From assembly GCA_948663505.1 (NCBI GenBank), contig CAPNAQ010000001.1:1-38666 (forward strand): a stretch of DNA of 38,666 nucleotides. The letters are read 5' to 3'. Below, piece after piece: positions 17,419 through 25,618 of this stretch. The first letter of the stretch is position 1; every line of letters begins with the position of its first letter. The translations under genes were made by a program, and so were the position numbers. Under the pieces are notes generated by a model. The model saw nothing but the letters and a program-made list of their open reading frames with translations, searched no databases and was not told where the DNA came from. The DNA comes from an uncultured Clostridia bacterium (GTDB lineage: Bacteria; Bacillota; Clostridia; TANB77; CAG-508).

Positions 17419-17883
17419 TTATTCACAACATTCTTCTTCTGAACAATCTTCACATCTATCGTCACCAAAACATGGTTTTTTATCATCTATAAAGCAATCA
17501 CATTTCTCATGTTTATCACCTTTTAAGCATTTTCCTTCATGATGACATTTTGCACATATTTTGATTTTTTTAGTTGTATTAGCCCAAATTTGTATAGCAT
17601 AATGTCTATCAGGACAAAGAGGTCCAAATACAAATTCTCCTTCTTTGTCAGTAAAAGTATGACCTATAGGTCTTCTTTCTTCTTTTCCACATTCATAAAC
17701 GATTTCTGTTAATTTAACAACTGCATCACGAACTGGTTCTTTGAAACAGTTTTTGATAACTCCATAAATTACATCTCTATTATCTTCTGGTAAAGTTATA
17801 TCAAGATCAAATTGTTTACCTCCAGATACTACTCCGTCAACATCTATAATTGGACAGCAAGGTTTTTTGTTTTCCATTTCCAT
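17419..17883 (-). CDS. Cys-rich protein with a carboxypeptidase-regulatory-like beta-sandwich core
   Basis: 154-aa ORF. VIYGVIKN..PVRDAVVKL...TFTDKEGEFVFGPL...YAIQIW fits the CarboxypepD_reg pattern. The N-terminal CC and C-terminal CxxC/CxC/CC clusters give 16 Cys in total. Confidence 0.6.
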   Translation of the reverse strand: MEMENKKPCCPIIDVDGVVSGGKQFDLDITLPEDNRDVIYGVIKNCFKEPVRDAVVKLTEIVYECGKEERRPIGHTFTDKEGEFVFGPLCPDRHYAIQIWANTTKKIKICAKCHHEGKCLKGDKHEKCDCFIDDKKPCFGDDRCEDCSEEECCE

Positions 17884-18001
17884 AATAAATACTTCCTTTC
17901 AAAATTTTTTAATCAAAATGTTTGATTAATATATAATATGAAATTTGTCGAAAATTGACAATATAATTATAGTGATGTATTATATATAGGGGGGAATATT
18001 A

Positions 18002-18524
18002 ATGAAAAATAAAGTAGAAAATAAAAAATTATATATAAAAGAGTTTTTTAAAAGTCTTAAATTTAGAATGATAGCATTACTTGCAGCATTAGGTGTTACA
18101 GTTGGAGGAGGAGCTTTATTATTAGGAGATAAAGAATATAATCAAAATGAAGGGAATAATAGACTTGAAGTGTCGACTGATATAGATAAACAAATTCCAA
18201 AAGTAAAACAATTTTCTAATGAAATAAAAGTTAATATTCTAAAAGAAATAGGATATGAGGATACAAAACAAATAATAACTGAAAGTGCAGATAGAGTTTT
18301 ATTACAAATAGCATTAAAATATAATGAAAGATATGAAACAGATTTAACACCAGATGATTTATCATTAATAGAAAGTAAACCTCAATTTTTAGGAGTTATA
18401 GGTGATAATACATATGTGCAAGATTATAAATCAACTTCACCTGTAGATTATCACATATCAGATAATTGGAAAGATAAAACAAGTATAGATAAAATATATA
18501 TAATTATAAACAGCCGAACAAATG
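18002..18524 (+). pseudogene. 5' part of a membrane-anchored protein gene split by the 8.6-kb insertion
   Basis: The ORF has an N-terminal TM anchor. After ...IYIIINSRTN (codons CGA ACA AAT G at 18515-18524) the track ORF reads 22 unrelated, F-rich codons inside the insertion's inverted repeat and then stops at 18592. Confidence 0.75.
18515..18524. repeat. target-site duplication, left copy (CGAACAAATG)
   Basis: Exact 10-mer repeated at 27114-27123, in the same reading frame of the split gene. Confidence 0.8.
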
Positions 18525-18525
18525 G

Positions 18526-18549
18526 TATGTGTCAAGTATTTGTTGGCAA
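18526..18549. repeat. left terminal inverted repeat
   Basis: TATGTGTCAAGTATTTGTTGGCAA matches TTAGTGTAAAATTTATGTAGGCAA, the reverse complement of 27090-27113, at 17 of 24 positions by eye. Confidence 0.6.
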
Positions 18550-18618
18550 TTTTTTTATTTTTTTTAAAATTCGTCAAATTCCCTATTTATAAAGCATTCA
18601 TTAATATTATTTTTTTGT

Positions 18619-18798
18619 TTATGGATTATATCCATATTTTTTTATTATTTTTCTTGTTTGTTCCCATACATCTTGAGGAGTAAAAATATTTTCATTAATA
18701 TTTTCTCCCCAATATTTTAATATCTCTTTTTCTTGTTTCTCATTTATTCTAATAAAATTTTTTCTTAAATCTTCTATATAAATTTTTGTTTTTATCAT
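18619..18798 (-). CDS. hypothetical 59-aa protein downstream of the transposase, not in the ORF track
   Basis: ATG 18798 has an AAGGAG RBS that overlaps the transposase stop codon. Sequence: MIKTKIYIEDLRKNFIRINEKQEKEILKYWGENINENIFTPQDVWEQTRKIIKKYGYNP. Confidence 0.4.
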   Translation of the reverse strand: MIKTKIYIEDLRKNFIRINEKQEKEILKYWGENINENIFTPQDVWEQTRKIIKKYGYNP

Positions 18799-18813
18799 TT
18801 TATTTTTCTCCTT

Positions 18814-20328
18814 TTATCTATACATTAATGCTGTTGGTTCTAATAATTTTATTATTTTTTTCATTTCTTCTGTTTTTTCTATTACTCTTCCTTGTGCATA
18901 ATTATATTCTTCTAGTTCTTTTCTATCTACTCTGTGCATTTTTCTATTTTTCTTAACATTTTCCTCAATTTCTTTTATCCATTCTTCAATACTGTTATCA
19001 ATTGGAATATTACTTTCGATTTTTTCAATTTTTATTTCTCCGTTATTTTCATGGTATATTGCACATATTTTTGATAAATAATTTGCCCCTAATTTTAAAA
19101 ATGCTTTTCTTCCACTGCATAATCTGACTTTTAATACTGTAAATATTTGGCTTTCCATTGTTCCCATGTCTTTATATTCAATATCTTTCGGAGGTTCAGG
19201 CATTTTTCTCCCTTGTTCTTCTAATATATCTTGATAACGTGGTAGTCCTGTTTTCAAATAACTTTGTAATGTTTTTAATTTGTCTACTACCTTTTTTTCT
19301 CCTCCTAGTTCACTTTTTAAATTTTCTATATATCCTTGTACTTCATTATATCTCTTTTCTTTTATTATTTGTATTAGTTCATCTCTATATTTTTCCTCTT
19401 TTATATCTCTCATTATTTCCTGTTGTATATGAAAACTGTCTTTTTGGCATATTGTATCATCTGTCGCTGATGTACTTATCCATTTCGCACCGTCTCCATT
19501 ATTTGCCCTAACTTCTATACTTGTTTCATCATATTTTTGATATACTCTTGCATTTCTTAATTTTCCTAATCTTTGAGGCGTCATCATTCCAGCTATTATT
19601 GTTTTGTTTACTAATTCGCTTCTTGTACTGTCTTTTTTCCACCCTTCATACGTTATATGTAGTTTTAATTCTGTTTTCATTTTTCTTTTTGGATTATATT
19701 CTTGGTTTTTCTTTTCACATTGTTTTTTATATTTTTCTTTTGCTTCTTTTCTATCTTTTCCTTGTAAATTAATCCATATTCCGTCGGCTTCTTCAAATAG
19801 TGCAGGAACTTGTTTAGTCCCTTGTACTAATTTACCTTGTTTCATAAATTTTATTTCTTCATTCTCTTTGGCTTCTATTTTTTCCCCTATTTTCCATACT
19901 AATTGCTGTATTGTTTGATGACTTATTGTCTCATTTGTTAGATTTTTTACATCATTTGCTCCTTTTCTATATGATACTGTATTTACCACTGTTTTTAATA
20001 TCATTTCTGCTAAATTGCTTGATATTTTCCCTATTGTTTCTATTTTTATTGTTTCATCTAATAAATATACTGTTTTCTTATCTTTTATATATATCGCCCT
20101 TTTATATTCTACCTCACCCATTATTGTTTTTATTGTGTTTATTCTATATCCTTTATGTCTATATTCTTTCTTGTTTCTTTCTTTCATTAATTTCTCATCT
20201 TGTTTTTCTAATACTTGCTTTATTATTTCACACCCTAAATTACATACTAATTTGAATACCTTTTTTTCTAATTCTATAAATTTCTCATCTTTTACTTCTT
20301 CTTTTACTTCGTTTCTCATTTTTTTCAC
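18814..20328 (-). CDS. ISLre2-family (UPF0236) transposase
   Basis: 504-aa ORF. The N-terminal pattern ELEKKVFKLVCNLGCEIIKQVLEKQDEKL...RHKGYRINTIKTIMGEVEYKRAIY...YLLDE...SYRKGANDV...ISHQTIQQLVWKIG matches UPF0236/ISLre2 transposases as I recall them. Confidence 0.85.
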   Translation of the reverse strand: MKKMRNEVKEEVKDEKFIELEKKVFKLVCNLGCEIIKQVLEKQDEKLMKERNKKEYRHKGYRINTIKTIMGEVEYKRAIYIKDKKTVYLLDETIKIETIGKISSNLAEMILKTVVNTVSYRKGANDVKNLTNETISHQTIQQLVWKIGEKIEAKENEEIKFMKQGKLVQGTKQVPALFEEADGIWINLQGKDRKEAKEKYKKQCEKKNQEYNPKRKMKTELKLHITYEGWKKDSTRSELVNKTIIAGMMTPQRLGKLRNARVYQKYDETSIEVRANNGDGAKWISTSATDDTICQKDSFHIQQEIMRDIKEEKYRDELIQIIKEKRYNEVQGYIENLKSELGGEKKVVDKLKTLQSYLKTGLPRYQDILEEQGRKMPEPPKDIEYKDMGTMESQIFTVLKVRLCSGRKAFLKLGANYLSKICAIYHENNGEIKIEKIESNIPIDNSIEEWIKEIEENVKKNRKMHRVDRKELEEYNYAQGRVIEKTEEMKKIIKLLEPTALMYR

Positions 20329-20376
20329 CTTTTTATTTTATATTACTAAGGGCTTTTTATCGCCCCTAGTTTTGTA

Positions 20377-20634
20377 TTATCTAAATACATATTTAACACA
20401 ATCTAACATTCCTAAACAATACGCACATGCGTTTTCATACCTTGTTATACCACTTATACTGCTTAAAAGCTTTAGATATTCTTTATCTTTCTTGTTTTCA
20501 TAATTTTCTATTATTCTCAAATATTCTTTTCTATGTTCTTCATAAGGTTTTATTCTTCTTAAAAGTTTTTTATTTTTATCTACTTTATTATAAACATAGT
20601 TCAAAAAATATTCAATTATTGATTTTTCATTCAT
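20377..20634 (-). CDS. small protein, YENAxAYxLGM family (paralog 1)
   Basis: 85-aa ORF. MNEKSIIEYFLNYV...TRYENACAYCLGMLD parallels the neighbouring 91-aa ORF. Confidence 0.55.
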   Translation of the reverse strand: MNEKSIIEYFLNYVYNKVDKNKKLLRRIKPYEEHRKEYLRIIENYENKKDKEYLKLLSSISGITRYENACAYCLGMLDCVKYVFR

Positions 20635-20680
20635 GTTTATCTCCTTTATAAAAAAATTATTCTTATTGTTTTATTAATAA

Positions 20681-20956
20681 CTATGTTGGTACTCTTACAA
20701 AACTAAAGCCTTGTTTCATTCCTAAATAATAAGCAAGAGCATTTTCATATGTTGACATTACTTCAAAACAATTAACCAATCTTTTTAATACTAACTTTGA
20801 ATTGTCATCTAATGTATTACAAGTTTTTTCAGTAATTTCACGATAATTATTAAAATATTTTTTATAAGTATCATCTTTTTCTAATACATTTGACATATTT
20901 TGCATTTTATAAGTAACAAAATTTATAAAATCATCGTCCATTATTGTTTCATTCAT
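20681..20956 (-). CDS. small protein, YENAxAYxLGM family (paralog 2)
   Basis: 91-aa ORF with a GGAGGTG RBS. MNETIMDDDFINFV...STYENALAYYLGMKQ. Confidence 0.55.
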   Translation of the reverse strand: MNETIMDDDFINFVTYKMQNMSNVLEKDDTYKKYFNNYREITEKTCNTLDDNSKLVLKRLVNCFEVMSTYENALAYYLGMKQGFSFVRVPT

Positions 20957-21153
20957 TTTTTCACCTCCCTATCTTCATTGTACTTAGTCCTAAGTTTATA
21001 TAACTATATTAACATTTTATAGACCATATGTCAATATTTTTTTCAAATTTTTTAGACTTAAGTTCATATTTTATAGGAGATAATTAAATTTTTATATAAA
21101 AAAGTATTGCTTTTAATATTTTGTTATTATATATTTTCAATGAGGTGAAACAA

Positions 21154-21354
21154 ATGATAAACTATAATCCACTTTGGAAGCTTTTAATTGACAAGGGAAT
21201 TAGTAAATCAGAATTTAGAAATTTATGTAAAATTTCCAAGCAAACTTTAACAGAAATGAACAAAAACAATAATATCAGTCTTAACACTATTGACAGAATA
21301 TGTAATATTTTAGATTGTAATATAGCAGATGTTATAGAACATATAAAAGGTTAA
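21154..21354 (+). CDS. XRE/Cro-like HTH regulator
   Basis: 66 aa from ATG 21154 (GAGGTGA RBS). NPLWKLLIDKGISKSEFRNLCKISKQTLTEMNKNNNISLNTIDRICNILDCNIADVIE is an HTH_26/YozG-like pattern. Confidence 0.75.
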   Translation: MINYNPLWKLLIDKGISKSEFRNLCKISKQTLTEMNKNNNISLNTIDRICNILDCNIADVIEHIKG

Positions 21355-21489
21355 TATTATGTCAACTGTGTATCCTATTTTAACATGATTTTATAAAACA
21401 TCAAGTATTTTTTTGTAAAAGTGCCAAAATAGTTTACATAAATTACTTTTTGATGTTTTGTAAACGATTTTTATATTTTCGTAAAGAAT

Positions 21490-21530
21490 AAAGAGGATTT
21501 TTATTTTTCCTCTTTATTTTTTTTGTTTTT
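21490..21530 (+). terminator. rho-independent terminator
   Basis: 8-bp stem AAAGAGGA / TCCTCTTT with a 10-nt loop, followed by a long T-run. Confidence 0.55.
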
Positions 21531-21760
21531 TTCTATTAAATCAAATATCCTTAATATTACTAAAACAATAATTAATTCTGTTAATGAAATTATAAAAGCT
21601 TTCTTAGTATCATAATTACAAAATTTTAATAGTTTATCAAAATACATCATTTCATCTCTTCCCCCTTCTAAATGAATAATTTATTTTTCATATTATAACG
21701 TTTGGAACGTATAGTGTCAAGTCCGTATATTTCTGTTATTATTTTCATGAGGTAGAAATT

Positions 21761-22009
21761 ATGAGTAAATTTGAAAATGATGAAAAATTAATTAAAACTA
21801 ATGGTTCTATAGAATTTAAACTTTTAGATGTTTTAAATAAAAATAATATTACTAGATATAGATTAAGTAAGATTACTGGTATAAGATATGACACAATTTG
21901 TAATTATTGTTCAGGTAATGTGTCATTAATAAATAAAGAATATTTAAAGATTTTTTGTGATGTCCTAAATTGTAATATTGAAGATATAATAGAATATAAC
22001 AAATCATAA
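21761..22009 (+). CDS. XRE/Cro-like HTH regulator (second copy)
   Basis: 82-aa ORF with a GAGGTAG RBS. LLDVLNKNNITRYRLSKITGIRYDTICNYCSGNVSLINKEYLKIFCDVLNCNIEDIIE is similar in pattern to 21154-21354. Confidence 0.7.
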   Translation: MSKFENDEKLIKTNGSIEFKLLDVLNKNNITRYRLSKITGIRYDTICNYCSGNVSLINKEYLKIFCDVLNCNIEDIIEYNKS

Positions 22010-22010
22010 T

Positions 22011-22037
22011 AAAGAAGTAGCTTTATACTACTTCTTT
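22011..22037. terminator. hairpin between the convergent HTH and Rep genes
   Basis: 10-bp stem AAAGAAGTAG / CTACTTCTTT with a 7-nt loop. It overlaps the last codons of the Rep ORF. Confidence 0.45.
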
Positions 22038-23054
22038 ACTTTCAAATGGGTTAAAATAATATATTTTATTTTCTTCTATTTTATAGCTTTGGCTAAAGTC
22101 TATTTTGGCTATTTTTAAGTCTTTTATGTTTCTGTAATATGTTGATGATGACATGTTATTTTTTATATCTTTTAGTCCATTTAATTGGATTGCACAATAA
22201 AAATTATATAATAAATTTGCTTTTGCTGGTTTATACATTTTGTTTAGTCTTTCATATACTGCCTCTCGTCCTCTTACTATTTCTAAGTCACTTTTTATAA
22301 ATTGTAATACTTTCATAAATTCATCACCCCATACTTTCCTTAATTCTTCATATTTTACATCTTTTATTTTTATATGTTTTTCTTTTTTGTATATCTTTTT
22401 TAGCATTTTCTTTTTGATTTCACATTCAAATCTTATAAATCCATTTATTTGCTTTATATAGTCTATTATGTTAAATTCTGTGTTTATAAATTTCTTTATG
22501 TCATGTTTTTTGAATTCTAGTAGTTTATTATATATTTTTAATGTTGTTGTTGTTCCTGATAGATAGAGGCTTTCATCATAGAAAAATTTTGCGTTTCTTC
22601 TTGGATAACTACATCTGCTTAGACTGTTTATATAGCTTTTTACATTTTCTTGGTTTTCTAAGTCATAACATATTGCTATATCACATCTTTGTAAGTTCCA
22701 GTTTTCTATATTTGGTAATTTTATATTAAAATCTGTTTCTACTATTCTAATTAGATTTTCAGTTATGAATTCTATATCATAATATCCATTATGGCTATTA
22801 TATCCCATTATTATTTTGTGATAACTGCCTTCTATTTCTATATAATAACCTTTGTCTACAAATCCATATTTTATTCCTGTATCTACTCGAACACTTAATC
22901 TACTATCAAATGACCCTTGCAAATGGTCGTTTGTTATCTCGTATATTAATTGGTTGGTATTATTATTTATTGAACTTTTTACTATGGATTTTGATTTTAT
23001 TGTATTGTATATTTTTTGGTCGATTTCTGTATATATTTTTATTGTATCTATCAT
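22023..23054 (-). CDS. filamentous-phage gene II/X-family rolling-circle replication initiator (Rep)
   Basis: 343-aa ORF. IEGSYHKIIMGYNSHNG resembles the GSxxKxxxGHNxxG block of gene II/X (Phage_CRI-like) initiators as I recall them, and LQRCDIAICYD resembles the RxDxxxD block. The neighbouring inovirus morphogenesis genes support the call. Confidence 0.65.
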   Translation of the reverse strand: MIDTIKIYTEIDQKIYNTIKSKSIVKSSINNNTNQLIYEITNDHLQGSFDSRLSVRVDTGIKYGFVDKGYYIEIEGSYHKIIMGYNSHNGYYDIEFITENLIRIVETDFNIKLPNIENWNLQRCDIAICYDLENQENVKSYINSLSRCSYPRRNAKFFYDESLYLSGTTTTLKIYNKLLEFKKHDIKKFINTEFNIIDYIKQINGFIRFECEIKKKMLKKIYKKEKHIKIKDVKYEELRKVWGDEFMKVLQFIKSDLEIVRGREAVYERLNKMYKPAKANLLYNFYCAIQLNGLKDIKNNMSSSTYYRNIKDLKIAKIDFSQSYKIEENKIYYFNPFESKEVV

Positions 23055-23071
23055 TTTTTTACCTCATATTT

Positions 23072-23290
23072 TTATATTTCACCGTTTAATTTTTCTAATG
23101 TACTTCTATATCTACATTCTGTAGTATAATTGTCAATTTCTCCTGTTTTTAGCATTTGTCTTATTGCTATACGACAATTTATAATGTCAGAACTATTAAG
23201 ATTTATTGTTATTTTTCTTGCTTCTTCATCTCTTTCATTTAGTTTTTTTACTACTTTATCCAATATATCCTTAAAAATATCTTCTTCCAT
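23072..23290 (-). CDS. hypothetical small protein upstream of Rep
   Basis: 72-aa ORF with a strong AAGGAGGAG RBS. I recognise no family. Confidence 0.5.
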   Translation of the reverse strand: MEEDIFKDILDKVVKKLNERDEEARKITINLNSSDIINCRIAIRQMLKTGEIDNYTTECRYRSTLEKLNGEI

Positions 23291-23355
23291 TTTTTTCTCC
23301 TCCTTTATTTTTTCCTATATATGGGACATTCGGCGGGTGTTACTAAGACACCGCC

Positions 23356-23514
23356 TTAAAATTTCAATAATAATTTTTCTATTTGTTCTATTTTATTTTT
23401 TATGTCTTTGTTTTTAAATGGTATACATTTTAGAGTTTCTTTTGCTGTTAATATACAGCCTTTTACTAATTTTATTTCTTCTTCTGTTTCAAATTCTATT
23501 TTGTTTTTTTCCAT
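23356..23514 (-). CDS. hypothetical 52-aa protein, not in the ORF track
   Basis: ATG 23514 has an AGGTGA RBS. Sequence: MEKNKIEFETEEEIKLVKGCILTAKETLKCIPFKNKDIKNKIEQIEKLLLKF. The GC-rich hairpin at 23332-23355 follows the stop directly. Confidence 0.35.
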   Translation of the reverse strand: MEKNKIEFETEEEIKLVKGCILTAKETLKCIPFKNKDIKNKIEQIEKLLLKF

Positions 23515-23895
23515 TTCTTTTCACCTTTCTTTTTATCCTCCAAATTTATAAAAATTTATCATCTCCCAGCCCAACCACCTTTTTAAAATAACACTTTTAG
23601 CAAAGCCTACGAAGGTTTTTCTGTTAGTAAGAGGTCTAAACCCTTCTAATGTCTATATATATCAATGTTTATATATATATTTACTTGTTGGTGTTTTCGC
23701 TTCTTTTTACCTTTAGGCTTAGACCTCTGTTTTAATTGTAATTAATTGCTTCGTATGTCAATTACAAAAATGGCATAAAGTAGCTTGGCTTTCTGGTATT
23801 CCCATTTTATACATTTTTTTCATTGACAAATGCTGGGCTTCGTTGTTTTGTATTTGCTAAAAGTTACATTTTATAGTCACTAAATTTTTATATTT
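23515..23895. promoter_or_regulatory. phage intergenic region (candidate origin / packaging-signal region)
   Basis: A 380-bp non-coding gap between the assembly ATPase and the replication genes. It has AGAGGTCTAA (23630-23639) / TTAGACCTCT (23719-23728), AAGCCTA(CG)AAGG (23603-23615) / CCTTTAGGCTT (23710-23720), TTGTAATT-N16-AATTACAA (23736-23767) and a (TA)n tract at 23652-23681. Confidence 0.35.
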
Positions 23896-24759
23896 TTATC
23901 TTTCATTTCTGTTTATGAATTCTGTTTTTTGCATTGTTTCAACTACTTTATAGCTGTCGTATAAGTTTCTTATATAGTTACTTTGTATAAATGATTTTTT
24001 CCATTTTTTACGCATTTTGAATTTTTTTTCAGGTGTTGGATTGTCTACTATTGTGTTATAATCTTCGGCGTCATAGCATTTTATTCTTGTCCACCTTCCC
24101 ATGAATGTTTTGCATTCTATTACATCAAAGCATTGTTCTCTTATTTGTTTTACTACTCTTGTGTATACTTGACTTGATAAGTATATTTTTATTCTTTGTT
24201 TTCTTTGTTGTGTTATTACTGACAATATTCCTTCAGGAAAGTCCTTCCATTTTGTGTTATCATATTCATTTTGTACTTCATCAATTACAAATACTACCCC
24301 TTTTGTTCCGTTTCTTATTTCTAGTAATTGCCTCCAGTCTGTTAGTGGTAAATCTTGTTTTATGTAGTGTATATTTGTGCATATTATACAGTCAGGATAT
24401 GCTTCTTTTATTTTTTCTAATTGTTCTACTATACTGATTGTTTTTCCACTTCCTTGCCTTCCACAATATATTGATACTCCAAATAAGTTAAATGTTCGTC
24501 CATTTATTAATAACATAAATAGGTCGTATATTTTCCAACGTATAAAATCCATTAGCTTTATTATAAAACCAAATATTGGTATTTCTATATTAGATATTTT
24601 TATTTGTTCTAAATAGTTTGCTATTTTTAAAAATTTATATTGCATTTTTAGCCTTTTAAATCTTGTGTATATTTCAATAAATTCTGATATTGGTAAATCT
24701 TTAAAGATTTCTAATCTTAGCTTTTTATAATATTTGTTTAAATTTATATTTCCTTTCAT
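23896..24759 (-). CDS. Zot/pI-like inovirus assembly ATPase
   Basis: Walker A GRQGSGKT, Walker B VFVIDEVQ, then RKQRIKIYLSSQ, as in Zot-type NTPases. The start is moved from 25005 to ATG 24759 (AAAGGG RBS), because the upstream 246 nt overlap the better-supported 83-aa membrane ORF. Confidence 0.7.
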   Translation of the reverse strand: MKGNINLNKYYKKLRLEIFKDLPISEFIEIYTRFKRLKMQYKFLKIANYLEQIKISNIEIPIFGFIIKLMDFIRWKIYDLFMLLINGRTFNLFGVSIYCGRQGSGKTISIVEQLEKIKEAYPDCIICTNIHYIKQDLPLTDWRQLLEIRNGTKGVVFVIDEVQNEYDNTKWKDFPEGILSVITQQRKQRIKIYLSSQVYTRVVKQIREQCFDVIECKTFMGRWTRIKCYDAEDYNTIVDNPTPEKKFKMRKKWKKSFIQSNYIRNLYDSYKVVETMQKTEFINRNER

Positions 24760-24770
24760 TTTTGCCCTTT

Positions 24771-25022
24771 CTATCCCATGTTTATAAATGGTATTAATTT
24801 TAAAATGAATTGTATTATTGCCCATATTAAATGTACTGTTATCCAAAATACTATATTTCCAATAACCATTATCCAAACATCTGAGGGGAAAAACTGCATT
24901 GCTTTTATTAATAATTCTGTTGTGTTTACAATAGATGTTGGTATATATGTTAGTACTGGTATTATTCCAATTATTCCTTTTGAAAATATTAATAGTGGCA
25001 TACACATTAATTCTATTATCAT
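24771..25022 (-). CDS. small integral membrane protein (phage morphogenesis module)
   Basis: 83-aa ORF with 3 hydrophobic segments. Its ATG (25022-25020) overlaps the TGA (25021-19) of the upstream 178-aa ORF in an ATGA arrangement, which suggests translational coupling. Confidence 0.55.
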   Translation of the reverse strand: MIIELMCMPLLIFSKGIIGIIPVLTYIPTSIVNTTELLIKAMQFFPSDVWIMVIGNIVFWITVHLIWAIIQFILKLIPFINMG

Positions 25023-25555
25023 TGATTTTTTCCCCCTATACTTGTATTTTTTTCTAGTCCTAAGGCTGTCGCTCCGTCTGCTACGTTTATTCCTCTTAAA
25101 AACTTTGTTATTTGATTTAGGTTATATATAATCATAAATATGAATGTAAATCCTCTTACCCATGAAAACCATGTTTCTTTATATTTTGTAATTTTTCCAA
25201 AGTCTATAAATTTGTTTTGTTCTACTTCAAGATTTTCTGTAATTTGATATTTTGGTAAATCTATGCTTAAACTATTATCACTTTCTAATGTTTTTATTGT
25301 TTCAAATAGTCTTACATAATCGTTATATGGTATTTTTTCAGATATTTTTTCTTTTATCTCTTCAATATTATCATTAAAGAAATTTTCACTTGGAATAAAT
25401 AACAATTTTAATAAGTTTCCTAATAGGTCTATTATTGCTTGCGGTATTGCTTTTATGGCTTCCCATATAAAATTAAACCAGTCCCATAAATCAATAAATA
25501 TATCTGCTATTCCTTTTATTATGTTTCCGTGGTAACTCCCATAAAAAGTTTCCAA
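25019..25555 (-). CDS. pVI-position minor coat / membrane protein
   Basis: 178-aa ORF with a TTG start preceded by AGGA. It has a hydrophobic N-terminal region and a C-terminal TM segment (WFSWVRGFTFIFMIIY). It follows the pIII-like gene, as gVI does in Ff. Confidence 0.45.
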   Translation of the reverse strand: METFYGSYHGNIIKGIADIFIDLWDWFNFIWEAIKAIPQAIIDLLGNLLKLLFIPSENFFNDNIEEIKEKISEKIPYNDYVRLFETIKTLESDNSLSIDLPKYQITENLEVEQNKFIDFGKITKYKETWFSWVRGFTFIFMIIYNLNQITKFLRGINVADGATALGLEKNTSIGGKNQ

Positions 25556-25618
25556 TATTTCCTAATGCTTCTATAATATTTTCAAAAAAACTTGTTAATC
25601 CTCCTATTATTACATTTC

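Noticed and set aside
19158-20503. Five + strand ORFs (117, 83, 104, 114 and 162 aa) antisense to the transposase gene
   Set aside because: They are extremely L/F/S/I-rich and low in complexity, have no RBS, and lie entirely inside the well-supported transposase ORF. They are typical shadow ORFs of an A-rich coding strand.
20329-21150. Search for a second terminal-repeat copy that would make the transposase a stand-alone ~1.9-kb IS
   Set aside because: Only weak similarity was found (TATGTATTTAG in reverse complement at about 20384-20392, inside a coding region). No inverted copy of the GGCAA-ending repeat is present.
24760-25005. 5' extension of the assembly ATPase ORF (the track gives 369 aa)
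   Set aside because: The extension is N/I/K-rich and has no RBS. It overlaps the 83-aa membrane ORF, which is translationally coupled (ATGA) to the upstream gene. ATG 24759 has an AAAGGG RBS.
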